Counted from the stretch's first letter, positions 1 to 10,043 are shown. The stretch: DNA of 32,779 nt from a virus (IMGVR_UViG_3300036987_000161:1-32779); one strand, 5' to 3'. A program made the numbers and translations. The notes: a model not told the origin generated them from the letters alone.

Positions 1-345
1 GTTCTGATTAAAGCAGAGAATTTCCTGGTTGCCGGCGACCGAGTTCCAGCGGGCCCAAAAGTCGATCGTAAAGTCGGCCGTCAGATCGAGTGCGGTCGAC
101 GACACCATCGATACTGCGTCGCCAGAGCCGTCGAGAAACAGCGCACTGCCGCCGTACTTGAACTGTGCAGTGCTGATCTGCGCGTTGCCAAGCGCCGTCA
201 TTGCCGGACCTGAGGCGGCGGAATTGGCAAAGGCGGTGGCGCCGTTTGCGCCTTCGAAGTGGGCCAGCAACACAACCGAGGCATCGTTGCCGCCGTTGGG
301 CGGTGCCAATGCCTGCATTTGCGCGAGGGTGAGGACGCCGCTCAT
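1..345 (-). CDS. LamG/concanavalin-A-like jelly-roll tail fibre or receptor-binding protein (3' end beyond window)
   Basis: Not in the ORF track. ATG at 345 overlaps the upstream stop (ATGA). Reads MSGVLTLAQMQ...VVLLAHFEGANGATAF...GNAQISTAQFKYGGSALFLDGSGD...DFTIDFW, typical of phage LamG-like domains. Confidence 0.8.
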   Translation of the reverse strand, partial: MSGVLTLAQMQALAPPNGGNDASVVLLAHFEGANGATAFANSAASGPAMTALGNAQISTAQFKYGGSALFLDGSGDAVSMVSSTALDLTADFTIDFWARWNSVAGNQEILCFNQN

Positions 346-1292
346 GACAGGTTGACCCCGCTGATGACCCACGTCGTCGCGGCTACCTTCCGGGCGACGG
401 CCATGCCGTTAGCGGCAAGCGCGCGGGAGCCCGTGGCGCCGGAACCTAGCCAGATGAGCGTGTCCGTCGTGATGGCTATCGTCAGAATGTTGATCATGTT
501 CGTGAAACAGAAGCACGTGCCGATAGCTAACGGGACCGATGCGTTGGACGGGATTGTATATGTGCGCGCATTGTTGTCGGTCGACGGGTGAAAAATGTCG
601 AAGCCGCTATCCGTGGCCACGATCGTGTAGGCTGCGCTCTGACTGTTCTGACGGATGAGCGCAGACAACTGCGGATCGTCGTGCAGCTTTGTCTCCACGC
701 CGTTCGACCCGAGCCGATAAATCGACATGTCGGCTTTTTCGTAGAGCTTGCCGTTGCCGGCGGTCGGCGTTGCCGGCGTCGTGGTTTCCTGCAGGCTGAG
801 CACGCCGCCGATGACGCCGGCGCCGTCGAGACCGTTCGTACCGTCCTGTGCGAGCAGAAACCAGTAGTCCGCCCAATCAGCAGTGACCCCGGGTTGGATC
901 GCTATCGATTCCGCGATCGCCAGATACGTTTTCGTGCCATTACGGACGATGTTGTTGATGTAGAACTGGGTGACGTTGTCCCAGTTGCCGCGTACCACCA
1001 GCGGCGGCGAGTCCGTACCGGCAGCGGTGCCCAGCGCCACGTGCGGAAACACGAGGGACGATGTGCCCCAGTGCACGGTGATCTGGTAGAGGCCGCCGGC
1101 GACGTAAAAGAACGGATCGACGTTGGCTGGCGGCGTGAAGGGATTGGACAACGGCGTTGCGCCGTCGATGTCGGCCTTCAGGACAGCTAGAGGTGTGCCA
1201 ACCGCATGGCGACGCACCGTGATCTCCGGTCGATCGAGACGGTTACCCGCGCCATCAGTGATCGTCCGTTCCCAACGAGATAGCATAACCAT
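342..1292 (-). CDS. Tail fibre / structural protein
   Basis: 316 aa ORF between tail tip and LamG gene; RGNW..Y..N.IV..G..Y module and short G-x-x repeats (GTNGLDG) common in phage fibres. Confidence 0.65.
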   Translation of the reverse strand: MVMLSRWERTITDGAGNRLDRPEITVRRHAVGTPLAVLKADIDGATPLSNPFTPPANVDPFFYVAGGLYQITVHWGTSSLVFPHVALGTAAGTDSPPLVVRGNWDNVTQFYINNIVRNGTKTYLAIAESIAIQPGVTADWADYWFLLAQDGTNGLDGAGVIGGVLSLQETTTPATPTAGNGKLYEKADMSIYRLGSNGVETKLHDDPQLSALIRQNSQSAAYTIVATDSGFDIFHPSTDNNARTYTIPSNASVPLAIGTCFCFTNMINILTIAITTDTLIWLGSGATGSRALAANGMAVARKVAATTWVISGVNLS

Positions 1293-1301
1293 GGCGTTCC
1301 C

Positions 1302-3695
1302 TCAGTTGACCTCAGGACCGGCACGCGTGCCGGCGTTGATTGCGAAGGTGCAGTAGGAAATTCCGTCGATGGCACGACCTGCGGCGCCGCCGGCGCCTAA
1401 GCCGTTGGTGGGAAGCACACCTGCCCGGCCGCCCGAAGCGCCCGCCGCGCCGGGGGCTCCGCCAGCGCCGCCGGGGCCGCCAGCCGTGCCCCACACGTTG
1501 CCCCCGATCTCTCCGCGCCCCGCGCCGCCGCCAGCGCCGCCAGCGCTCAGTGTTCCAGGGCTTCCGAACGAAGCAGGGACAAAACCCCAGCCACGGAAGC
1601 CACCCGCGCCCACGACAGCGCCAGCGCCACCGCCACCGCCGCCGCCCGGGGCGTAGTAGTGCTGGGAGCCATAGACGCCGTGGTACGCGCCGCCGCCGCC
1701 GCCGCCACCACCGCCGCCCATGATTTCGGCACCGGCATAGAGTTCGATGGTGATTGGATGGCGCACATAAAGCGCGGTCCCGCCAGCCTCGCCGGAAGTG
1801 TAATTCGCTGTGTTGGCATCGGCTCCGCGACCAGCATCGCCGCCCTTGCCACGTAGGCGGCCTTGGGCGCGCAGCTTGATTTGAAAGCCTGCCGGCCAGT
1901 CGACGCCGGTGGTCCCCATGTGCATGGCGATACCGGCCGCCGTCGCGGCGTTCGAGCCGACAGTCGCACTGGTTTCGATGATGACGAGAAGATTGACGCC
2001 GTCGATAACGTCCTGCGCCGTCAGCGCGGGATAAGCCGCATTGTGCAACGCCGGAATGTTGAGGTTCTTCTCATTCGTCTTGATCAATAGAACGCGGTTC
2101 TTGCTGTCTGCCGGGTTGAACGCCGGCGCGAGCATCTCCTCCGCTTCCACTTCGATCCTCCGCCCCGTCGGGTTGACGCGGACGATCATGACTGGCGTGT
2201 CGGTTCCAGCGCCGGTGGTCAGCTGAGTAATCGGGGGCCAAGTGAGCCGCGCATCCTGACCCAGTTCCGGCATGATTGGCCCGCGTCTCGAAAGCGAAAA
2301 CGAGAACACACGCGGGGGGACGACGTTGCGCCCCAGGAGCACGTCAGACGGCCGCTTTGCTGTTGCTGCGGCAAACGCCGGCAAGAACGTGCCGTTGACC
2401 TCACGGATCGCCGGGCTCGTCCAATAAAGGTCCGACGTCGCGTCGACGCCCTTCAGGACCGAGCGGTAGCTTAACCGGTCGTCGCCTCGCAGAAGGGGGT
2501 TGCGCAGGCCATAACGGACGTGCACCTGCGAGATGCGAGCATCGGGCTGCGCGCGAACCTTGAGGCTGTTCTCGATAATGTTGTCGGGCGACAACTGAAC
2601 CGCGGTGCCGGAGACGCCACGCAGCACCTGCATCCTGATCTTCCGGGCCTGCGAGTCGGGGTAAACCGCGAGCTGGGCCTGCTCAATGAGATCTGCGGCA
2701 ATCTTCGAAGATGCTGTCGGTTCGGCTACGTCGCGTGTGTAGGTGAGCTGAAGGAACGTGTTCTCTTCGGCCTGCCATTCTGACACCGGTATCCAAGAGG
2801 AATCGATCCCGCAATCGTCCTGGAATAAGTTGCGGAAAACCTCGCTGGGCTTTGCCGCGACCCAGCTACGCATCAGCTGAACGCGGTCCTCCGCGCTATG
2901 CGCCGACGCTGGCGTTCCCTTCGCGCCCCGGGTGATCGTGAGATTGTCGCCAGTGCGCGTGAACGCGCAGGTTTCGTTGCCGCCGATCGTCACATGACCT
3001 GAAGCCGGATACTCGCCGCCGATGCCCGATGGAGCCAACACAGCCGTCGTCTGGCTGCTGTTTATGTCGGCAGCCAGATAGCCGTTCGACAGCGGCGGCG
3101 TCAGGGACTTGTCGCCATCCGCGAGCTTCAGGATGTCTTTCGCGACGACGGTGCAGGTGTCTCCCGGCGAAGGGCCGTCGATGCCGTCAATAACCAGGTG
3201 ATAGGTCACCATTTCCGCGAGCGTCTGCCCGAGGAAGCCCGTGATCAGGCGGATAGCTGCACCCTGCTTGAAGAGCCGCCGAGCGATGGCCTTGCCCCAG
3301 TACGTGCCTTGTTCGAACGCATCGTAAGGGCGTTGGGCGACGTACTTGTCGTAACCGGGTCCAGCATCGCCCCATGGATGATCTTTGAAGACCACCTTTG
3401 CACTGGAGCGCTGGCCGAGATCCTTTCCGAGCGAAATCCGGCCCGGAGTGAATTCCACGCTCAGAATCGACGGTATCGCCGGAATGTCGACCGGCAGGTA
3501 AGCGGCGTCGACCGCGAACCGGAGCGTCACCGGTACGGGGCTGAAGTGGTCCGGGTCCTGACACGTGAAGCGGGTGTTGAAGCATTTGATCGGCCCGGTG
3601 ACGCCGAGCGCCGCGACGCAAGGCGCCGTGCCATAGATCAGCGAGCACGGCGAGACGTCGATCTCGCAGTACGTCAGCACTCTTTCGTCGGTCAT
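1302..3695 (-). CDS. Tail tip / baseplate hub protein with glycine-rich C-terminal domain
   Basis: Start MTDERV at 3695 (ATGA overlap). N-terminal Cys cluster (CSL..G..PC...KCFNT..TC), TRGAKGT.A..H motif and long poly-Gly C-terminus; second gene after the tape measure. Confidence 0.75.
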   Translation of the reverse strand: MTDERVLTYCEIDVSPCSLIYGTAPCVAALGVTGPIKCFNTRFTCQDPDHFSPVPVTLRFAVDAAYLPVDIPAIPSILSVEFTPGRISLGKDLGQRSSAKVVFKDHPWGDAGPGYDKYVAQRPYDAFEQGTYWGKAIARRLFKQGAAIRLITGFLGQTLAEMVTYHLVIDGIDGPSPGDTCTVVAKDILKLADGDKSLTPPLSNGYLAADINSSQTTAVLAPSGIGGEYPASGHVTIGGNETCAFTRTGDNLTITRGAKGTPASAHSAEDRVQLMRSWVAAKPSEVFRNLFQDDCGIDSSWIPVSEWQAEENTFLQLTYTRDVAEPTASSKIAADLIEQAQLAVYPDSQARKIRMQVLRGVSGTAVQLSPDNIIENSLKVRAQPDARISQVHVRYGLRNPLLRGDDRLSYRSVLKGVDATSDLYWTSPAIREVNGTFLPAFAAATAKRPSDVLLGRNVVPPRVFSFSLSRRGPIMPELGQDARLTWPPITQLTTGAGTDTPVMIVRVNPTGRRIEVEAEEMLAPAFNPADSKNRVLLIKTNEKNLNIPALHNAAYPALTAQDVIDGVNLLVIIETSATVGSNAATAAGIAMHMGTTGVDWPAGFQIKLRAQGRLRGKGGDAGRGADANTANYTSGEAGGTALYVRHPITIELYAGAEIMGGGGGGGGGGAYHGVYGSQHYYAPGGGGGGGAGAVVGAGGFRGWGFVPASFGSPGTLSAGGAGGGAGRGEIGGNVWGTAGGPGGAGGAPGAAGASGGRAGVLPTNGLGAGGAAGRAIDGISYCTFAINAGTRAGPEVN

Positions 3696-4507
3696 GCCGC
3701 GATGCCCCGCATGGGCAAATCGATCTGCATGTGACCGCTGGACGTGTGGATCACGGGCTCGACGACGCTGCCCTTGCGGATCCAGCAAAAGCCGACCTCA
3801 AGCGGATAGTGCAGCGGGTCCCACGCCCAAAAGAACGGGCGGCGCATCGCAGCCGCCACGAACTTGTCCATGTGCTGGCGATACCAATCTCCATCCATGT
3901 ACGAGATGCGCGGCGTCGTCTGCCGTGTCTCGCCGTAGACGGGACGTCCGAGGAAGTTGCCGGACTCGCTGACGTCTTCCTCGTCATCGATACGGCGGCC
4001 GTACGTGATCGGCGTGTAACCGATCTCGATGTTCGGCGGCAGCAGCAGGCTTTGGCCGGCATATAGTACCGCTGCCGCCGCCGGCGCATCGCCGGGCTGC
4101 AGCCTGATCCGGGTCGGAGCACCAGCGTCCGACCGAAACCTGATGATCAACGGTGCGTCGGTGGCTGCTAATGCGGGGCTGGCGATCTCTTGCCAAACAT
4201 CGTCGATTAGCCGCTCGACCGAAAACGGGATGTGCGCGGACCCGAAGTTGTGTCGCGCGATGCCGACGTAGTCGATGTGCTGCATGCCGGTGGGCGTCAC
4301 CGTCAAATATTGTTCGGCAGTGCTCGCCGCCTTCCACAGCTCGGCAGTCGACGGATTCGCGAGGTTCGACGATGGGAACGATGCATCCTGACTGGTGGCT
4401 TCGAGCGTCGCCGCAGTCACGACGTTGCGCCAACCGACCATCGGGCTCCATGCGGGGAGATCGAACGACGGCGAGATGACAAGTGAAGGGCTGATTACAA
4501 TCGGCAT
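3692..4507 (-). CDS. Distal tail-like protein
   Basis: Directly after tape measure; MPIVISPSL start; PFFWAW.P..YP.EV motif seen in related phage tail proteins. Confidence 0.65.
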   Translation of the reverse strand: MPIVISPSLVISPSFDLPAWSPMVGWRNVVTAATLEATSQDASFPSSNLANPSTAELWKAASTAEQYLTVTPTGMQHIDYVGIARHNFGSAHIPFSVERLIDDVWQEIASPALAATDAPLIIRFRSDAGAPTRIRLQPGDAPAAAAVLYAGQSLLLPPNIEIGYTPITYGRRIDDEEDVSESGNFLGRPVYGETRQTTPRISYMDGDWYRQHMDKFVAAAMRRPFFWAWDPLHYPLEVGFCWIRKGSVVEPVIHTSSGHMQIDLPMRGIAA

Positions 4508-4509
4508 CG

Positions 4510-6906
4510 TTACCACCCCGTCCCCTGCTTCACTGTGATAGGTCCGCCGTCGCCCCCGAGATCGTTCAGCTGGCGCGCGAGCTCCTCGAGTTCCCGGTAT
4601 GAAACCTTGTCGCCCTGAATGATGATCGTGGTCCCCTGCCCGACAACTTTGTCGTTCGACGATCCAGTTTGAAGGCTCGACGAACTGCCCCCGCTGCTGC
4701 TGCTCGAGCTAGCGGTCGCGCCGCCCGACGAGCCTCCCCCTTTGAGCACCGATGCGATTTCCAATCCGCCGGTGGCTGCCACGATGGCGAGCTGGGCAGC
4801 GCCCAGCGCCCACATCGACGATGCAGCACCGGCAGCGGCGACAGGGCCGAAGATCGCACTGGCCGCCGCGGCGGCCATGGCAGCGCGCGCCGTGTCCTGA
4901 ATGATCATTGCCGCGGCAAGCGCCTTGTTCAGCACAATGGCAGCGATCGCAGCGGTCTTGTTCTGCTGGCCGAGGCGCTGCAGGAGATCGACCGACATCT
5001 CGACCGTCTTGCGTCGCATGTCGGTTTCCGTTTGCGTAGCCGACCGGATGCCGTCGAGCCGCTCAAGCTCGTATTGTGCCTTCATCGCCTGATAGGCTCG
5101 GAAGTTCTCGGCGTCCTCTCCGTACAGCTCCTTGAGCCGGCCGATCTGTTCTGCGAAGACCTCGTCCGGCGTCATGAGCGTGCGCTCGATCTTCTGGCGC
5201 TCAAGCTCGGACGTCACCAAGCCCATCGCTTCAGCCAACTGCCGATGACTGTCGATGAGCGCCGGCGTTATCGCCATGCCGGCTTCCTTGGCGGCGTTCA
5301 GCAACTCCATCTGTAGTCGAAGCTTGGCCGCCGCCGTCTCACTCAGGCCGTAGGTGGCGGCGTCGATTTTCATCGCCGCTACGTGCCGCTCGATCGACTT
5401 CACCCGCTTATCGTAGGCCGTGACGTCGGCGTTCGCGTTCGGGTCCGCCTTGCCAGGTCCAGGCACGTCGAGGATGTGAGCATCCTTCGGCAGGTTAGCG
5501 GCGAAGTTGAACCGGCTGACGTCGATCGAATTCCATGCGTCGCGCGTGCGCTCGACCGAGCCGGCGACTCCGTCCCAAGCTTTGCGTGCGGTTTCGACCG
5601 CCTCCGACCAGCGGCCGGATACAAGACTCCACATCGCCGAGGCCAGCGAACCCACGACGCCGACCACAGCGAAGAATGTCTCCTTCACAGTGACCCAGGT
5701 GGCATCGAGCACCTTGCCAACACCGACCGTCGAATTGCCGATTTGAACGCTGGCGTCCTGGAACTGGTAGAGCGCAGCAACCACAGTGCCGATGACGACG
5801 GCAAGGATGCCAATCGGGTTGGTCATGGCAGCGACGGTCAACGCGCGGAACGCGTTAACGGCGCCGACCGAAATCGCGAGCGCCAAAGCGCGGATTGACG
5901 AAACGATAGTGCCGCCGAAGGCGAGCGTCATAGCCGTGCCGGCCACGACCGCGGCGCGCGCCATGACGTTCAGGCTATCAGCTATCCCGATGATACCGGC
6001 CGCGACGCGCTCGGATAGCTTGTTGTTCTGGTCGTAGACGCCGACGAGTTGCATCGCCGAGTTTCGGAGGATGGTGAAAGCGTCGCCGATAGTGGCCGGC
6101 ATGCGGTCCGCTTCGCCGCGCAGCTGCTCCATACGTGACGTCAACGCCGTGTAGATGACGTCACCCGTGATCTTGCCCTGCTCACCCAGCCGCCGCAGCT
6201 GATTGACGCCGACGCCGAGTTGCTCCGCGATGACCTCGGAGACCCGGCCACCGGTCTGGATGACCGTGTTGAGTTCCTGCCCGCGTAGCGCACCGAGCGC
6301 CATCGCTCGGCCTAACGCTTCCTGCACCATGGCAGCGCGTTCAGCCTTCGCCCCGGACACGACGAGCGCATTGTTCAGCGCTTCGGTGAAGTCCAGCTGC
6401 TGCGACGTCGACTTGCCGAGCTCGCGCAGTGTCGTCGCGTTGCGAAGATAGCTCTCCGCCGTGTTTTCGAGCGAGGAGTACGTGCGCCGCGCCACGGTCG
6501 CTAGTCGGTCCAGCACCACGCCGCTGGCGTCCATATTGCCAATCGCCAAGCCGACGCGCGCATTGAGGTCGGACCAGCTATCTGCGAACTCGAGGACGAA
6601 CCGCTTTGCAGCGAGCACAGCCGCGCCGAGCGTCACCGAAATGGCGACGGCCGCGAGGCTCGTCTCGTCGATCAAGCTGCCCAGCGACCTGAAGCGGGAT
6701 GCGACGCCCCCCAACGGGCCGTCGATCGCAGCGATTGCCGAGGCCATGCGGCGCAGGTTGTCGGCCGCATCCTTGTTCGAACCGGACACGCCGGCAGCAG
6801 CATCCTCGGCCTTCTTCGCAGCGGCCGTCAGCCTATCCAGCTGTGGAATAGCGGTTGCGATGGGACCGGAATCAATCGCGAATCCCAGAGCGGCGACATC
6901 TGTCAC
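4510..6906 (-). CDS. Tape measure protein
   Basis: 798 aa, Ala-rich helical; tape-measure N-terminal motif (ALGALRGQELNTV...GEQGKITG); hydrophobic central segments; follows the chaperones. Confidence 0.92.
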   Translation of the reverse strand: MTDVAALGFAIDSGPIATAIPQLDRLTAAAKKAEDAAAGVSGSNKDAADNLRRMASAIAAIDGPLGGVASRFRSLGSLIDETSLAAVAISVTLGAAVLAAKRFVLEFADSWSDLNARVGLAIGNMDASGVVLDRLATVARRTYSSLENTAESYLRNATTLRELGKSTSQQLDFTEALNNALVVSGAKAERAAMVQEALGRAMALGALRGQELNTVIQTGGRVSEVIAEQLGVGVNQLRRLGEQGKITGDVIYTALTSRMEQLRGEADRMPATIGDAFTILRNSAMQLVGVYDQNNKLSERVAAGIIGIADSLNVMARAAVVAGTAMTLAFGGTIVSSIRALALAISVGAVNAFRALTVAAMTNPIGILAVVIGTVVAALYQFQDASVQIGNSTVGVGKVLDATWVTVKETFFAVVGVVGSLASAMWSLVSGRWSEAVETARKAWDGVAGSVERTRDAWNSIDVSRFNFAANLPKDAHILDVPGPGKADPNANADVTAYDKRVKSIERHVAAMKIDAATYGLSETAAAKLRLQMELLNAAKEAGMAITPALIDSHRQLAEAMGLVTSELERQKIERTLMTPDEVFAEQIGRLKELYGEDAENFRAYQAMKAQYELERLDGIRSATQTETDMRRKTVEMSVDLLQRLGQQNKTAAIAAIVLNKALAAAMIIQDTARAAMAAAAASAIFGPVAAAGAASSMWALGAAQLAIVAATGGLEIASVLKGGGSSGGATASSSSSSGGSSSSLQTGSSNDKVVGQGTTIIIQGDKVSYRELEELARQLNDLGGDGGPITVKQGTGW

Positions 6907-6981
6907 TGGTGTTCCTCGATTTCATTTCACGCGCAGGTGCGCGCAGCCGCCGTTTTTCGACGTCTTTTCAATGAGGCCGCG

Positions 6982-7314
6982 ATGAGCCGGATACTTGTGT
7001 TGTTGGCCGTTATTGGCCTGGGTGGTTGCGCCAGTTCGTTCGGTGCGGGACTAGCCGGCGGGCCGGCAGGCCTCGTCGACTACCAGACCGGCGTGCTTCA
7101 GATGCGCCAGAACCCCGATGGTCAGCGCGGCTTCGCCTTCGCGATTTCCGACAACGCGTTTCAGGACACGGGGACGAAACCGACGCCGGAAGACCGCCGG
7201 CTCAATGCCCTCGCCAATGAGATTGGGCAGAAGTCAGCCTGCCCCGGCGCGTACAAGATCACGTCGCGGAACGCGATTCCGAACATGATCCTCTATGAGG
7301 GCGTCTGCCTCTAA
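6982..7314 (+). CDS. Small lipoprotein moron
   Basis: ATG at 6982 after GAGG; MSRILVLLAVIGLGG-C lipobox; two more Cys; opposite strand between chaperone and tape measure. Confidence 0.75.
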   Translation: MSRILVLLAVIGLGGCASSFGAGLAGGPAGLVDYQTGVLQMRQNPDGQRGFAFAISDNAFQDTGTKPTPEDRRLNALANEIGQKSACPGAYKITSRNAIPNMILYEGVCL

Positions 7315-7712
7315 CGGCGCGGCCTGATGACCCGTTGTTCCGGCTTCTGCCCTTGACCCTGGCCCTGCTCCCCTGGTGCAGGTTTCCTTGGCCGCTTCTT
7401 CTCGACGATGTCGAGGTAGATGCTATCCAACTCCTCCAGCAGCCGAAGCTCCCATGGCGTTAGCCGCAGGCGCGTGAGCCGGTTGAAGGCGTCGAAGTCG
7501 AGCCATGAAATGGGCTCGGGTCCGTGCTCACCTGCCGCCTTTCGAGCCCTGATGCGCAGGAAGCTGCTCCAAATGTACTCGAGCGCGGGCGGCAATGGAG
7601 GCTGCTTCAGCTCTTCGGCAAGTGCCTGGGCGCGCAGCCAATCACCCTTACGCTCGGCACGTTCGAGGAAGGACTCGAGGCGGTCACGAGGTGACCGCCC
7701 CTCTTCATGCAA
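7311..7712 (-). CDS. Tail assembly chaperone C-terminal part (GT), probably made by -1 frameshift
   Basis: P..LEYIWSSF..I...R...PISW.D..AF..L....L.PWE...L..LD motif; frame open back to ~7780, overlapping the upstream chaperone. Confidence 0.8.
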   Translation of the reverse strand: MHEEGRSPRDRLESFLERAERKGDWLRAQALAEELKQPPLPPALEYIWSSFLRIRARKAAGEHGPEPISWLDFDAFNRLTRLRLTPWELRLLEELDSIYLDIVEKKRPRKPAPGEQGQGQGQKPEQRVIRPRR

Positions 7713-7744
7713 GCTCAGTTCGAATTCGCGCTCGGCGAACGTCT

Positions 7745-8206
7745 TCAGTTCGTCGCCGAGCGCTTTGTAAAAGCGTTTTCGTCACCCAGAAATTCGAGCG
7801 CCTGGATGAGCAATGACGCCTTGCGACGGTCGGTGAGGAGTTTCTTCGCGTTCTCTACAGAGAACGGGAAGTCCTCCCCGTTGAAGGTCACTGCCGACCA
7901 GCCCAAAAGTCGTTCGACGACGAACATCGCATTGCGATCGCGGACTTCGTCCGGGTTCTCGTCCGGCGCCTTCCACTTCTTGCCGTTGACGCGGGCTTGC
8001 TCCTGCTGCTTCTCGATCGACAGTCGCTCGCGGCTGATGCGGTTCGACTGGTCGATGGTCTTCGGATGAGCCGGTCCGGCGAACCGCCACACCCAATCCG
8101 TAGCCCGCCCGCCCGCCATGACGGTCATCTCGGATTCGTCGACGGCGTCGAGATCGGACAGGTCGAAGCCGCGCGATTCCTCGGCGGCTTGATGCTCTTT
8201 AGACAT
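7745..8206 (-). CDS. Tail assembly chaperone (G)
   Basis: 153 aa gene right after tail tube; LLGWS...FS.ENAKKLL motif; AGGAG RBS. Confidence 0.8.
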   Translation of the reverse strand: MSKEHQAAEESRGFDLSDLDAVDESEMTVMAGGRATDWVWRFAGPAHPKTIDQSNRISRERLSIEKQQEQARVNGKKWKAPDENPDEVRDRNAMFVVERLLGWSAVTFNGEDFPFSVENAKKLLTDRRKASLLIQALEFLGDENAFTKRSATN

Positions 8207-8243
8207 TCAATTCTCCTGCGCGCTGTGTGGTCGGTAGTGCCGA

Positions 8244-9011
8244 TTAAGCCGGGATGTTGACCGTCGGCGCCGAGGTTGCCGTAGCGTTGCCAGCGCCATT
8301 CGTGCCCGTGACGGCCACGGTGATCGCCTTGCCGGCGTTGCCGCCGACCACCGTGTAGGTGCGGCCGGTCGCGCCGCCGATGTTCGTGCCGTCGGCCTTC
8401 CACTGGAATGTAAAGGTCGGTTCCCCGGTCCACTTGCCCTCGAAGGCTGTGAGCACCTGCCCGGAAGCTGCGATGCCGGAGATGGCCGGCAGCAGCGTGT
8501 TGGTCGGCGCGACGGATGCCTCCGATTCCACGTCATAGATGCCCGTGTTGATCGCCACGTTGAACGTCCGGCGCGTGACGTTGCTCACGTTGCCGAGGTT
8601 CGTCGGCTTCGACATCACGAGGCCGGCGTAATACTCGACGGAGTCCGTGTGGCTCGCGTCGACCTTGTCGGAATAGACCGTCTTGAACGCGCGGTTGAAG
8701 TCCGTCGCCTCTGCAGCGACGAGTTCCTGTTGCCCGTCGTCGAGCGGATCTCGACCAACCACCAGCGCCTGGGTGCCGGCGTTGCGCGGGCCCTTGAGCT
8801 TGCGCGCGCGGCGATTGCCGACGGCGGTGAACACGATCTCTTCCGCCGAGTCGCCGCGCTCGCCGAGATCCTCGATCTCCTCGACCTCGACCCAGCCTGA
8901 AAGGCCTTCGAAGTAGGAGACGGCGTCTTCGTTCGACATGGCGTTGATCGCGTCGGGGTTCACCACCGGACCGATGAACACTCTTGTTCCGGCTGTCTTG
9001 TGGATGCTCAC
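8244..9011 (-). CDS. Major tail tube protein with C-terminal Ig-like domain
   Basis: GTG at 9011 after AGGAGG; EDLGE.GD...KLKG.RNAG...D.GQ tube motif; C-terminal P.N..LP.ISG...GQ.LT...W...YTV Ig-like extension. Confidence 0.85.
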   Translation of the reverse strand: MSIHKTAGTRVFIGPVVNPDAINAMSNEDAVSYFEGLSGWVEVEEIEDLGERGDSAEEIVFTAVGNRRARKLKGPRNAGTQALVVGRDPLDDGQQELVAAEATDFNRAFKTVYSDKVDASHTDSVEYYAGLVMSKPTNLGNVSNVTRRTFNVAINTGIYDVESEASVAPTNTLLPAISGIAASGQVLTAFEGKWTGEPTFTFQWKADGTNIGGATGRTYTVVGGNAGKAITVAVTGTNGAGNATATSAPTVNIPA

Positions 9012-9091
9012 GTGTGCCTCCTGGAGTGAAAGCGGCCCCAACGGGGCCTTTGCTGATAGCGACGCGTCCTACCTGGCCGGCGCCGTTTCGG

Positions 9092-9511
9092 TTACGCGAA
9101 ACACGAAAAGCTGACGCTGACGGGTACGCGGATACGGTCGGGCGACTGCGCCGGGTTGGCTATTGCCGGTCGCCCCACGATCTTGATCACCGGCCCGGTG
9201 CCGAGCGACGTCCCCCGCTCGAAGTGATCAGCCACCTTCGCCGCCAGCTCGATCGGCGCGATGATGCCGCGCCCGGCAGGCGCTACCACCGTGACCTGAA
9301 GAATGCCCCGGAACTCAGTGCAGCTGGCGTCAGCGACGCCTAGGTTCGCCGGCGCGTTGAAGAGTAGCGACGTATCGAGGTACGTGCGCCCCGAAACCGG
9401 CTCGAAAGGCACGTCGGGGTAGGCGATGTCGATTGACGGCGTCTGCGCTGGGAAATCGCCAAGGTGGCTCAACAGCGCGTCGGCAATCGTCGCCTCGATG
9501 GATGCGGGCAT
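9092..9511 (-). CDS. Tail terminator protein (DUF4128-like)
   Basis: IAYP...F.P...YL and GILQVTVV.P.G.G motifs; position before tail tube. Confidence 0.75.
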   Translation of the reverse strand: MPASIEATIADALLSHLGDFPAQTPSIDIAYPDVPFEPVSGRTYLDTSLLFNAPANLGVADASCTEFRGILQVTVVAPAGRGIIAPIELAAKVADHFERGTSLGTGPVIKIVGRPAIANPAQSPDRIRVPVSVSFSCFA

Positions 9512-9512
9512 G

Positions 9513-10043
9513 TCAGCTCCTCGACTGCCGTGCTTCGACGCGGCTCTGAATTCTCTGCGCCGAGGCGTCGACGATCTGCGGCCAGCGCTGGGCTGTCAGG
9601 CGTACGAACCCAAATGGCTTCGTTCCCGGGTGGTTCACCGACGCGGCGAAGACGCCAGCGCCGCCAACGTGGAAGAACAAGGCCTTCTTGTCCTTCGGGA
9701 AAATCTTGTGCGGCGCGGTGCCGTATTCCATGTGGGCGGCGTAGTTGGCCTGGAAGCCGAGATAGATCGTCTGCCCCAGCTTCGCGCCGGCGATGACGAG
9801 CGTGATCTGACCGTCATTGTCGACGAAGCCTTCGATTTCCGTTGGCCGGATCTCAGGAATTGCCGCCGTCGATGCCATGAGCGAGCGGCGCAGATTGCCA
9901 GTGTCGATTGGCATATTTCCGCCCGCCGAGACGGGGCGGCGAACCTCGTTCGCAACGGTCTGCGCAGCATCGCGCCACACGGCTTCCATGCGCTGCTGCG
10001 TCTTCATCGCCCAAGCGCCGACCTGAGCCGAAAAGCTGGTCAC
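9513..10043 (-). CDS. HK97 gp10-like neck/tail completion protein
   Basis: P.DTGNLRRS and NYAAHMEYGT motifs. Confidence 0.8.
   Translation of the reverse strand: MTSFSAQVGAWAMKTQQRMEAVWRDAAQTVANEVRRPVSAGGNMPIDTGNLRRSLMASTAAIPEIRPTEIEGFVDNDGQITLVIAGAKLGQTIYLGFQANYAAHMEYGTAPHKIFPKDKKALFFHVGGAGVFAASVNHPGTKPFGFVRLTAQRWPQIVDASAQRIQSRVEARQSRS

Noticed and set aside
1695-1720. GCC/CCA microsatellite or DGR-like repeat
   Set aside because: Simply encodes poly-Gly; no reverse transcriptase or template/variable repeat pair seen
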